This document shows positions 39,033 to 51,990 of a DNA stretch of 64,000 nt, in pieces; positions within the stretch are counted from its first letter, which is position 1; every line of letters begins with the position of its first letter. The DNA is taken from the NCBI GenBank assembly GCA_964304625.1, contig OZ199838.1, positions 4,177,154 to 4,241,153 on the forward strand. The letters run 5' to 3'. A program made the translations under genes and the position numbers. The notes beneath the pieces were generated by a model that was not told the origin of the DNA, searched no databases, and worked only from the letters and a program-made list of their open reading frames with translations. The stretch comes from Kudoa neothunni. Its lineage: Eukaryota > Animalia > Cnidaria.

Positions 39033-42000
39033 CAGTAATGGATCAGTCGTACATAGTTGTATTTGGATACATTTTCTATTTTCCATATGGAACGGCTCGA
39101 TCATTTTAAAATGGTTTTAAATTATATAATCTCAGGATTACTCGCTTTGAATAGTTTACAAGCATAATTGTCACTAATAAACGTAAAAAAGTCGGTAGTG
39201 TCTCTTTCCACTACATCGGTGCATGCGCAGGGGATTATAGGATTATATTTATTTCGCTTTTTCTGTAGGTTACAGCGCTTTTACAAACAAAACAGCTCAT
39301 AAAAATGATAAAATATATTTTTTTGTATTAGAATAACTAATCAGAACGTTACTTTGAAAATTTCAAATAATTTTTTGTGACTCTAGGTCTACCTTTCGAT
39401 ATAACCTCTTTCATTTGGAACGTTATTATTTTATTCGGCGCATTTTTTCACTAATACTATGAGTGACAGTTTTTTCAAAATTTTGAAGTGAGATGAATAT
39501 CTCATTGTAAAAATTCCGATACTCCTCTCCACCCAATGAATTTAATGTGTTTAGCACTTTATAAGTTAGCTCATTGTTTTGTCGAAACTTTAAATTCACA
39601 TTATCATCCTTTGAAGGAGAATCCTCTAATAACATTTCGTTATCAACAAATGAATTCGACAATGGTGAATTATCATCGCAAATTTCAGGAAATATAGCGA
39701 GTGATTTTCCATTTAAAAGGTTATTTTTAGTCCATCTTATTGTAACGATTGCTTCACTACTTTTAATAACCATAGCAGAGATTGATTTTAGGTGAACAAA
39801 AAAATAAGTTTTTGATTCCCACATTGTAATATAATTATTGGAATTGAAATTTTCTAATATCTTTTCCCATCAGTAAGGAGAAAAATGAATGAGGAGTTGA
39901 TTTAATTCAGCATCATTGGATATCCTATGTGTGTTCATAGAAAATTGTTGTTCTTTGATACTGAATTCGCTATCCAATATATTAACATAACGAAGAATTT
40001 CATCTATCTGATTTGGTAATGGAGATTGTTTAGATAAAAAACTTTTGAGTTTTCCATGGGCTTGTTCAATTCTATTGTTAGTATTGGATCCAAAAGTCAT
40101 TATGTTTTTTCTCAGATTTAGATTTTGTGCCCACATATCAGAAATACCTAACCAAAATTTTGAAAGGTACAAAAAGTATGTGCTATTCGTTTGTTTTATT
40201 TCATCTAAAAAGAATAGATATTCATCGTATGATTTAGAATAAATGGCTTGTTTTGAAAGGGTTTTCAATCTATTTTTTGTATTTTTATTGACTTCCATCA
40301 ATTTATAAAATGAAGATATCACATTATCAACAAAATTTTGAGTTTCATTTTTAACAAAAGCGAAGAAAATTGATCGAGCTCGTCCATGAGAATCAACTAC
40401 TACAAAGTGGTGCAATGGATATCTTTTTTTGTTTACTTTGTAGGTTGCGCCATTATGTAAAACTTGACCATAATTAGAATAGAGACTTTTCATATTTCTT
40501 GTAATGAAACAGAAAACGTTTAGTTTATCCGATTCTACTTCTTTGTAGATGTCGAGCAAGAGTTGACAATCGTATATTTCAGAAGGGTCTTTCATAGAGA
40601 ATGATTCTTGAGTATTCATGTTTGTGCGATGTTTTATATTTCTAATTTTTTTTAACTGAAAGGGGTGTTCAAATAGGATTCAAGACTTTTTTTTGCTCTT
40701 TTGTTATCTGCATTCCAATTAAATCACAATGATAATGTTCGTTTCATCCATCGGATACATTCTGATTACGTCAATAGAAGGGTACGTCGTATTTTACATG
40801 GTTGTGAGTTAGATTGTAATTAAGCACATATAACGCTTCATTTTGAGTAGATATGTTAATAAATGCTGGGCAACCTTTTGATGGCGAGTACTAAGATGAA
40901 GATGTACGTTTTTTGAATATTTAACGTCGCCATGTGGGCAGATATATTTAATATATCTGTAAATTAATTTTTCTTCGTTAGTATTAACATTACCCGACTG
41001 ATTATCTTCATTTTTTAAATTTGATGCACCTACCAATTCTGTTATAGAAACCAGATTCCTTAATTTTAATGTAAGAACATAACATTTTTGTAACAGTACT
41101 TTAAAAAAAATTATCAAGCCATCGTTTCATTTCGGTATATGAAGAAAATTGATTTTTCAATAATCTGTGTACACCTTCCGCCATATTAATTTATTATCAC
41201 CTATTCACTACCATTAAACGTGAGCCCCAAAATAATATTAATATATCGTCATCAAATTATATTGTTAAAATAAATTCCGCAATTTCAATTTTATGTGTGG
41301 AACTTTATTTATAGAGTTCGCCTCACATTGTTGATTATAAGAGAAGATACTCGGTTGACTATTGTGAATTCTAACCTAAAATTTATTTTGATACAATATA
41401 AATTATCTTTTTGTATACAAGAAGAAAATAATTTTTTTTCTCGTTAATATCGCATTCCTTAATCATAAACCTTGCAAATATATATCGATAATATGTTTCA
41501 AAAAATAACAGCTAAGTTTTGTAATCTGTAATCATTTTACATAAATAAGTAATATCTGAAAAATATATTTTATCATTTTTATGAGCTGTTTGTTTGTAAA
41601 AGCGCTGTAACCTACAGAAAAAGCGAGATAAATATAATCCTATAATCCCCCGCACATGCACCGGCGTAGCGGAAAGAGACATTATTAAAAAAGTCACGTG
41701 AGGATCAGTCATACGTATCTATTTGCCTTGACAGCAAAATTAAATTTTGGCATTTTCTTGTTTCTAATACATTCAAACAATTATTAAGGTTTTATAATTA
41801 CAAAAATAATAATATAACATATTCTATTTGCAATAGCGGGTCTTAAATACATATTTAAATCAAGTAATATCATAATTTATTCATTTTCGTCATTTGTTTA
41901 AAATATATTAAATAATTGTTAAAATTAATATTATATAATAATAGCCGGCGAGATGACAATAACGCATTCACGAGTTAACCATAACACGCACCACATTGTT

Positions 42001-43743
42001 GATTAATAGCTTCAGTTATTTGATCCTATGTAATTCCAAATTCCCCAAAACCGAAAAATAACTATTTATAGATCTTTGAAATTAAAATATGATATAATAA
42101 TGTATTATGAGTCCAGGCCAAGCTTTGGTGCAAAAGCTGACACAGTACGCCACTTCAAACTTCCTCTAATTTCGACATTAAATTCGATTCTGCTGCAAAA
42201 GCAGAAAATTGTTTCTTTCGTTATGATTGGTACTGCGATTGTTAGTCGTAAAACATTGAAAAGTGGCTACAATAATGAATTGGACGACGATGTTTATAAT
42301 TGGATCCAACACGTAAGATCGAACAAAATATCACTTTCTGCCGGCGACATCGTAGAAAAAAGGAATCAGATTTCAAGGTCGGATTATGGAGATAACTTTG
42401 ATGCTACTAGAGGCTGGTTTCGTGGATTCTCAAAAAGATACAACATAAAACGGGTAAATTTAGATGGAGGAGCAGATAAAATCAAATCTACTGATGTTGA
42501 AGAATGGATTCCACAATTAAAAAGTATATTGGAAAAATACGATGAGAAAAAAAAATGTTTTCAATATTGACGAATCCGCATTATTTTATCAACAGCAAAG
42601 AAGTAAATTAACATTTATTCTCTGTTATAATGATTGTTAGAGGGAAGCTATGTGATCTCACATGAATTCCAATATAAGGGCTCTAGGAAATAAAAAAAAA
42701 GAATTTCAATTTTATTTGATGCCTTTATGCTCGGCGAAAAATTGGATCCTCTTGTTATTGGGAAATTTAAAAAACCAAGATGTTTCAAAAAACATAAAAG
42801 ATACGCCACTTCCTTGCGGAGCAAATTCAATCGCTTGTATAACTCGAGAAATTTTTTCAACATATCTCATTGAACTAAACAAGCAATTTTCAAAATCAAA
42901 TAGAAAATAGTTTTATTTCTTGACAACGCGAACTGTCATCCAGATATTCAACTATCAAATATTGATTTAGTGTTCCTTTCGAAAAACACCACTAGTGTCT
43001 TGCAACCATTGACTCGGGTGTCATAAATTCATTCAAAGCAAATTATAAAGGACATTTAATACAAAAATTTATCATAAATGTAGAAGAGAAATTACGTCTA
43101 ACGCCACCTGATATTTTACAAGCAATGAAGGTAATCAAAAGAGCCTGGAATGATGTTTCTGCTGAGACAATTATTAACTGTTTTAAAAACGACTGGGTTT
43201 CAGAAGTCGGTTGCCGATAATTACTCTTCTGAAACTGAATTAAATAATTGTTTTCAAGATCCAATTGCAGCGTTTCAAGACGACAACGACGAAATAAACA
43301 CCGAGATCAACATTATGATACAAGAAGAGAAGAACGTTCCAGTATGTGCTTTTGAAAATGATGAATTGGGAGCCTATTTTGGTCGAAACGCAACATCGTT
43401 CCAAAGATTCAGAATCTGGAGATGAATTTATCGATAAAAAATGTTATATTTTCAAAGATGGCCTTATTTTATTTAGACGAGCTTGGCAACTATTTTAAAC
43501 ACCATGGCTCAAAGAAATGGCAGCTAATGGCTAATTCTACTGCGAATGTTTATTCAGTATTAAATGCTAATTTTAAACAAAAAAAATAACTGATTTTTTT
43601 CAACAATGTTTCATTTATAGCTAGTTTTGTGTTTTAATATTTTTTGTGCATATGCTCAAAAAGTATGCACTATCCGGCCGGGACTGGTAATACGCACCAT
43701 TTCCACATTCCCACGGGGATTATGTACGACCGATCTATTACTG
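39033..43743 (+). mobile_element. Tigger/pogo (Tc1-mariner) transposon, decayed; transposase fragments ~42030-43590
   Basis: TA|CAGTAATGGATCAGTCGTACATA ... TATGTACGACCGATCTATTACTG|TA. CENP-B-type HTH (FDATRGWFRGFSKRYNI) and DDE_1 fragments ([23 protein letters not shown]). Confidence 0.9.
39194..41686 (-). mobile_element. Mutator/MULE (ZSWIM3-like) transposon nested in the Tigger, decayed
   Basis: ~130-bp TIRs and a perfect 9-bp TSD AAAAAAGTC (39185-39193, 41687-41695). ORF 39870-40619 carries ATYKVNKKRYPL, VDSHG and TNNRIEQAHGKLK; the catalytic Asp context appears mutated. Confidence 0.92.
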
Positions 43744-44139
43744 TAGTCTAGGAAGCATTATTTTAACAGTTTTACGAAATACATATTAAGCGCAAATAAG
43801 AAATTTATTTCCTTTTTTAACAACTCTTCAAGATAAATAGTAAACTCTTGGTACTAGGTCATTTGTTACGGTTTAGTGTATTTTTAGGTAACTTTGTCTT
43901 GATATGGAAAAAATAATAATACAAGAAGTAAAATATCTATTTTTTATTGCTTCATCTTATATAGGACGTACAAATAGGAAAATGAGGAAAAATTAATGAT
44001 CTTGCTACTGCGTACCTCAAATTGTTGATTTTAATCCTTTAAATCTTCAAAATTCCCGACAATAAATATCGAAAAATTATTTTTGTTCAAAGAAGTATTG
44101 AGGATAAATCGAAATTATCAAACATTATAATGTAATGAA

Positions 44140-44215
44140 TAGTCGCAAGTAGGGTTAGAACCTTCGAACCATAACTAAAAGAAGCAAAGCCCTGTCGCTC
44201 TGCTGTCGATTGCAC
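44140..44215 (-). repeat. Degenerate tRNA-like sequence (possible SINE head or tRNA pseudogene)
   Basis: Minus strand has an A-box-like CAGCAGAGCGACAG and a B-box-like GGTTCTAACCC at tRNA spacing, but the cloverleaf stems do not close well. Confidence 0.3.
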
Positions 44216-45498
44216 GTATGTTAAGTTCTGTTACAATACCTCATACTGATCATTATACCAAGTAGTCAAAAACGGAGAAGCCCCACAAAATTAAAGAATA
44301 TTTTGAAAAAAATAATTATTTGTATTGTTGCGCTAATGTATATCACGTTTTTTGCATGATTCCTTGCCATTGCGTAACCTTTTTGGAACCAAGGGAATGT
44401 GTTACGCAATTTCGAAAGTTTACTGTATTCATTTATACTTTTCAAAATAAATAAATGTTTATTAAAATTTGGTTATAATACAAAGTATTCTGGGATTATT
44501 AAAACAAAATTAAGTTAAAGTTATAAATAATTAAAACTAATAATATTGACATACGCATAACACGGCATCGGTTTATTCGATTTTTGAATATTTCAGTATT
44601 CATACTTGTATTAAAAAATTGTATCTGTGAAAACACGAATAAATCTAATAATTTTGTTATTATTCTGAGGGGGAAATGCTTAAATAGAGTTGCCGCGAAA
44701 ACCACAAATGAATAATCACTCAAAAAACTTTGACGCAGACGGCACTAATCCTACAAAAATAACCGACTATGATACTTTCAAAATGTGCGCCACACAAAAA
44801 TATAACCCAAAGTTTTAAAAAAAGTGTAAAATTGAAACAATAATAAGAGAGGTTTCTAATAATTTTTCAGTGGATTTTATTTACATGAAATCCTATTTGC
44901 ATAAAATACAAATTATGAGATTTCTTTAATTTTTCATCAGTCATATATACAAATATTACTTATTTCATTCAATGTTTAATCGTATATAATACTAAATTTA
45001 TAAATATGAAGTTAATTGTTTCAACCTTGAAATTACTATACCATTGGTAATTCAAAATTGGAAGAAACTATGGAAGAAATATAATAGAACTTAACCAACG
45101 ATCGATGTTTATTATTCTTCAGTCAATTAAATATAATTATTGTATTCATTAAGATTTTAACAATAGAAACTAAAAATTGTATTTTACATGTTAGTAAACT
45201 AATCAAATTATTTTATACAACATTAAACACAATAAGTGAAAGAGTCGGTATATAAAAAATTTATCTTCATCATTATCAAACATTAATTTAAAGTGAGAAC
45301 ATCCCCCATTTTAAAGGCAAATACAAATTCAGATATCATATAAATTTCCAGAGTGTTTCAGTATATATGAATATATATTTTGGAAGACGTATTAAAAGAG
45401 ATTTTCAACAACATAAAGTTTATATTAAGCAGTGCCAGTTTAGGCAATGTTGTAACGTTATTTAGCAGGAAAGATAAATTCACATTATTCTCAAAAAA

Positions 45499-46289
45499 TT
45501 AACTAATATTAACTTTTGAAATAGGTGCAGGCAGAAATAATTTGAATTCATGAGGCCATTCCTCTTCTACACAGATTTTCTCTGCAAAACATACTCTTTT
45601 CAATCGACAGTTAGGATGTATCTAAAGGCAAATATAGAAAATCATAGTTTTGAACATTTAATGGTTTACTACTAACGATACAGTTTCACTAAAGATGCTG
45701 TCGTACACTCGATGACACCAATCCGGAAGGTTTATCTTATGTATATTTAATCGAATATGGAAACTCAACAAGTTAAATCTACCTGAATATGATTCCATCC
45801 ATCTTCCATTGTAAGCGGTATTGTACAAATATAGGGTTTAATTCTCACTATAGGTTCGAAATTGGACACTCTGAATCGTCTTAGCTTGTTTTTATCATCC
45901 TTACACTTGAGAAAAACCACAGAGAAAACGTTATATACGTATTCGTGAAAGTTAGATTACTGTGATTTCAATGGAAAATATTTTGTTCATACTTTTAACA
46001 GTCAGAATTAATACTGGTAGTTTTATTGACAGAGCTTGTGATGGATTGGAGGGACAATGAATGTAATTTTCGCTACATCAACACATCACGATCCGTTACT
46101 AAATTCTTCAAAATTCTCATACGCTAAACATTCCGAATCCAACATTTCATACACTTCTGAAGACGATTCGGAATCGTGAACAATATCGAAAGTTCCACTG
46201 GTTTTCTGAATTCCCCATAATTGTAAGGGATCACTTCCAACACTTGAGAAAATTGATAAAAATCCGGATTGAAATGTATTTTTGAACAT
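45499..46289 (-). CDS. CFAP20: CFAP20/BUG22 family protein, 196 aa; exons 46123-46289, 45961-46072, 45783-45905, 45670-45735, 45499-45621
   Basis: Diagnostic start MFKNTFQSGFLSI, then YIHCP...IKLP, DDKNKLRRFRVSNF, KPYICTIPL..DGWNHIQ, IHPNCRLKRV and PHEFKLFLP. Four GT-AG introns of 47-55 nt keep the frame. Confidence 0.93.
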
Positions 46290-46959
46290 CGAATAAATTT
46301 TTTTTACCTATATAAAAATTTATTTTACAAATCTAAAAGCACGAACGAACATAAAATGTAATAAATCGATTCCGTTGTACGCATGCGTAACCATGCGAGA
46401 GAGAGTTCAGCGTGTATAACAAGGGGGCTGCTGAAATATATCTGTATAATCGACACATGTATTTTATATATTGTTATATTAGCAAATTAGTTCAAAATAG
46501 TAGTCATGTTTTTAAAATTGAAAACATATCAAAGAAATCTGGGTAATCATATATTCACTATAATAGAAATTTTGTGTTTAATCAACGTGGCTAACACAAA
46601 TGGGACGTCCGATCAAATTTTTGCAGAAAAAATCGGGATTTTTTGTAAAAGACAACGTTATATTTAACTCTCTAACGATCCTGGAGTCTTTTAGACCCCA
46701 GATGAAAGTTAATCCTTATATAACTTCTTCTACAAATTTTCAATTTTTTTATAATTTCAACTATTCGCTTAGTTTAAAACAAGGTTTAATATACTCGAAA
46801 ATTAGTTTAAAAAATAATCGGAAAGTAATGAAAATAAATAATATTTTAGAGGAAAATTTTTAAAGTCCATGAGAGGCATATTTAATCTATTTTTAATTTA
46901 ATTCAAAGATTTTAACCGTCGTTAAGAGTCTGAGATGGTTAAAAAATCGTTCCATTTAA

Positions 46960-49900
46960 CCCTGCCTGTCCGAAGCGAGGTCACTCAGGGACCCCAAAAT
47001 AACCATTTTGTTTATAATTTCAAGCACGTTTAATTTTCGATTGTAAAATTTCCTGAATTCCTCTATGAAGATATAAGGTTTCTATTTAAAAATTTGAATA
47101 TATAATTTTGTTTAATTATAGTAAATAGTTTTCGCTTTTAAAATGACGTCTTACATATTTTTAAGAAATAATGTCGATCTCATCTCCTATTTTATTTCAT
47201 AACTACATTAACTTTTCGTATTAATTGGAAGTATCTTTTTATATTTATATCATGGGTTGAAATCAAATTTAAAGTTACATCGTGATATTTTGGGGGAATT
47301 ACGAAGGTTAATCCAACATCTGTTTACAAATCTCCCTCGTGTTAATTCATTTCGATCTAGTTTTATTCTAATTCTGATAAAGTAATTGATTATGTTAAAA
47401 ATTTTCTTTTTTTATTTAATTTGATAAAACACTTACTTTGTAATTATGAGCAACGAAGCTGAGAAATATATTGAGGATTTCTCTTCCACTGATCGTTATG
47501 ACACTTCAGAATATGAAATTTCTGAGTCAGATGATACATCCGCTGAGGATTTTCTTGAGGAAATTAATAGCGATGTTGGAGAAGAAGACTTTTTTGAGGA
47601 ATTGGACTATTCTTTTGTAACAGAAAATCACGATTTTGAGTTAGTTTCTCAACCTGGCTTTAAATGGAGTGTAGAACCTCGCACAAAAACAAACGATCGT
47701 TCCCATAACAAGATTCCTCCTTCATCTTCTGAATTTCTAAGAGAGTCAGGAAATTTCAACACCATTTTAGAGACCTTTGAATTATTCATTACGGAGGCTA
47801 TTCTTGAAGAAATCGTCTCATGTACTAATAAATATTGCGAACAATATAAACATATACAAAATGATGAAATAACCATTGACGAGTTAAAAGCCATTATAGG
47901 CGTTTTAATTTCCTCCGGGCGCTCCAATGGCCAATCTCTTGCTATTCGAAATGTGTGGGATACCAATCCATTATTCAAGCAGTTTTATTTTGCGGAAGCG
48001 ATATCCAGGGACCGATTTACCCACATATATCAAATGTTGAGGTTTGATGATGAGTCTACTAAAAACTACCGTAAAAGAGAATCAAACGGCAAATTCGAAG
48101 CTTTTCGAATGATCTTTCAGGCGTTTAATGAAAAATGTTAGAAGAACTTTTGGCCGGGACCCTATATTACTGTTGACGAGAGGTTGGTGAAATTTCGTGG
48201 TAGATGCCCTTTTCGAGATTATATGAAAAGTAAACCGGGCCGTTATGGCATCAAATTGTGGGTAGCTGTATACTCGGAAACTTCATATCCCTTAAACATC
48301 CAACCATATATTGGAGAAGTTGATGGAATGAGAGAGATAAATCAAGGAGCCCGAGTGATAAGAGATCTAAGTGCGCCATTTTACGGTACGTGTCGAGGCG
48401 TTACATTAGATAATTTTTTTACCTCTGTGCCACTTTCCAAGTATCTCCTCTCAACAAAATTACATTGACTGGAACTATCCGTTCCAACAAACGTGAAGTT
48501 CCTAAAGAATTCGCTAAATCCCCCAACCGCGAAGTGTTTTCTTTAATTTTTGGGTTTAACGGAGACCTTACGCTAATTTCCTATGTTCCAAAAAAAATTA
48601 CGCGGTAAACCTTTTGTCAACGGAGCATAACGACGTTTCTATTGAAAATGAAGATAGAAAACGACCAAGTGTGATAATTCACTACAATAAGACGAAGGAG
48701 GTGTCGACATGGCGGATAAAATGACTGTATTATATAGTTGTGCTAGATCTACGCGTAGATGGCCCTTGAGAGTGTTTATGGATATTTTGGATACAGCATG
48801 GTTAAATTCATACATACTATGGAGTAAAAAATATCCCGATTGAAAAAAGAACAGTAGAAGTAAGTGACAATACTTTTTGCGTGAACTTTCCATTCAGTTA
48901 ACATAGAGAAATGTTCTTCAGCGCCAGAGTCATTGTAAAAATTTGTCAGATTATATAAAATATGACCTCGACTTATTTGTTGATGAAAAGAATGATTCTT
49001 CGCCATCCGAAGTGAATTGTTTGCCACAGCCAAGTAGGAAACGATGTGCTTTGTGCCCTAGGAACGTAGACAAAAAACTAAGATGGTTTGTTTCCACCGT
49101 CGAAAGTTTGTGTGTACACGGCGCAGAAATCAAAGAAATACAGTCGTGCCTCGGTATTGTGTAGTAGCCCAATATCTCTTGTATTTGTTCTATTTTAGTT
49201 AAATTGGAATATATATTAGATATATTAATGCTAATATTATAAAATTATTGTCAAGAAAAAATTTTTTGAATAGACGACAACGTATATTATTTGATATTGC
49301 GAAGCGATTTTGCATTGCGTAGTAAATTCAAAGTCCGGATTGCGCGTTTGATTCGATAGTGCGCAGTAAAATTGACAATGTCGGGAGTGCAGCGAGATAT
49401 TGATGAGAAGAATAAAATTATTAGTTACTATAATTCAATTAAATCAATTAAAAGTGCAAAAAATGACCGTAATGAAATTCGGACTAAGTATTCGAATGTT
49501 TTTACTTTATATTAATAATAACGATAATATTTGTTAAGAATGTTCAACGCTCAGTAGAATTCTCTCAATGGAACAAAAAATTACTGATTCCAATATTCCT
49601 AACAAGAGAAAGCGATTTTCTAACGGTAAACATGAAGATGTCGATACCCAAGTTTATAAGTGGATTGTAAATGCCCGAAATAATAAAAAACAAATTTCTG
49701 GCGAAATTATAATAGCAAAAGCATTGTCAATCGCCAAAGAAAAGAATATCGACAATTTTAATGCAAGTAGAGGATGGCTGGCTTGCTTTAAAAATAGATT
49801 TGGACTTTATTCCGTAAGACTTCACGGGGAAGCATCTAGTGCTGATTCTTCTTCAATATATGTTTGGAAATTTGAGAATAAAGATATTCTGCAAAGTTAC

Positions 49901-51986
49901 GATCCAACAAATATTATTAATGTTGATGAGACTGCGCTTTTTTACCAATAAATTAATAAGCGAACTTATGTATTAAAAGCAGAACAAGATGCCCGAGGAT
50001 CTAAAGTGTCCAAGAAGCGTGTTACGGTTTTAGTATCCGCAGCCTTAGCTTAGATGATTCAAAATTACCATTATTTGTAATTGGTAAATATCAGAAGCCT
50101 CGTTGTTTTAAAAATATATCCCATCTACCAATTGAATATTTTTCACAGAAAAACTCATGGATGAACGCCTTTATCTTTTTTCAAATCATGAAAAAATTTA
50201 ACAATATGTTTGAAAAAGAGAATAGAAAAGTTTTAATCTTATTAGACCAATGCCCCTCCCACCCTAAAGACATGGACGGTCTAGAAAATATTAAATTTTT
50301 ATTTTTGCCGAAGAATACTACATCAATATTACAGCCTTGCGATTTGGGAATAATTAACTCATTAAAAAGCAACTATAAAAAAATTTTCCATTCGGTTAGT
50401 GTATTGGATGATAATGAATAAATATTAAAAAACTATACTTTATTCGATTAAAAACGTTAAAAAATGCTTGGAATAATGTTTCGAAGGAAACAATTATTAA
50501 TTGCTTTAAAAAGTCCGGTGTTTTTGATTAAAATTATAAATATATGTTTAATAGCATCAACAACTATTCAAGAAATTCAAGAATATGATAACGCTCATGA
50601 AGGTATCCTATCAAAAATTAATTTCTAAAATTAACTAGACTCATTTGATGACGTTTCATCCTCTGAAATTAACGAAAAAGTTCACGATGAAGCAAACTCC
50701 TATCCCATCATTAATAGCGACATAAATGATATATCTGATAATGAAAAGGATGAAATAGACAAAGCTATAAAAAAGGTTCCTACAAAAAAAATTAGGGAAG
50801 AAATACAAACTTTAAGGGAAACTTTTATCGCGGAAGAACCTGAAGGTTTATTCGACCTACACCCTGTAATGGACCGACTGATCTCAATATTAAAAAAAAG
50901 AGAACTCCAAACTACCATAACGAACTTTTTTCACACAAAATAAAAAGAAACCTCATTCAACAATTAACTTATATTTTCATTTCTGGATTCTATGCTTAAA
51001 AAATAGGTTAAATCATAAAAATACAATTTTCCTTCAACGCGCGAGCATCGGCATTGCGTACTAATTTTGTATTGCGTAGTAAAATTGAATCCACGATTTA
51101 CCTCGCAATATCGAGGTTTGACTGTACTACGTTTTATTCCAACTGTAATAATTAATTTTATCATATAATTGTGCATTATTTAAAACTTTGTTTTTATAAC
51201 TTTGTTGAAGTTTTTAACACCAACTAATAATTTAAGAACAAAATTAAGTATACTACTGCTGTCGATTTAATGCGGGTTAATTTTTCAATGAAATCTATAC
51301 AGATTAAGAAGTTGTATTTCTTAGTTTGAATATTTTTTCCATTAATTAGGACTCTACTTGAAACAAAATATTTTTTGTTTTACACCTAAAAATTTCAATA
51401 AATAATTGTTGTATTATTAAAAAAGTGTGAAACTGTATAAGTACTACCTAAATGAGAAGTAATATTGGATAAGAAATTTGGTATGGTTTAATCTCGATAC
51501 AAGATAAATATTCGATTATATACACCAGATAAATTTCAATTAAATGCAGATATTTTGTGCGAATAAGATCCAAATATTTCATGATACATAAGTCAGATTA
51601 TGCCAATGATAAACGAGAAATACGCGCTAGCGGGAAGTGATTCACTGATGACGTTTACACTGTTAAGTTTAATTTTCTCGTGTATTTTCACCTTTTCGTT
51701 TGATCAGTTTTATATATACGACCGACTAATTGAAATTCGATCAATTTGAATGGGAAAATATCCCGTTTCATCTTGTTATGCGTTAGCGTGAAAAAGGCAT
51801 CATTTTTATGCATCAAGAGAATTGATTTAATTTTAATTTACAGTTTCTTATTTTACAAATTTCTATTGATTTATTAAATTAAGGTTTTTGAAAATAAAAA
51901 ATTGATATAGATCAATTTTTCCTGGGGTCCCTGAGTGACCCCACTTCGGACCGCATGTGATTTTTTTGCACTCCGTGCAGGGAGGG
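46960..51986 (+). mobile_element. piggyBac transposon, full length but decayed (PGBD4-like transposase ~47446-49140)
   Basis: TTAA TSD on both sides; TIRs CCCTGCCTG and CAGGGAGGG; internal repeat GGTCACTCAGGGACCCC with asymmetric spacers. Motifs SRDRF...LRFDD, TVDE..VKFRGRCPF..YMKSKPGRYGIK, TLDNFFTS, GGVDMAD, RRWP and a C-terminal RKRCALC. Stops and frameshifts present. Confidence 0.93.
49141..51124 (+). mobile_element. Tigger/pogo element nested in the piggyBac Cys-rich C-terminus, decayed
   Basis: TA|CAGTCGTGCCTCGGTATTGTG ... CGCAATATCGAGGTTTGACTG|TA. Peptides FNASRGWLACFKNRF, NVDETALF, LLDQCPSH and PKNTTSILQPCDLGII. Subterminal TTGCGTAGTAAA repeats. Confidence 0.9.
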
Positions 51987-51990
51987 TTAA

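Noticed and set aside
47446-48141. 231-aa piggyBac ORF, and the 242-249 aa MULE ORFs, as domesticated genes
   Set aside because: Each is truncated by stops or frameshifts before the catalytic domain is complete and still lies between TIRs and TSDs.
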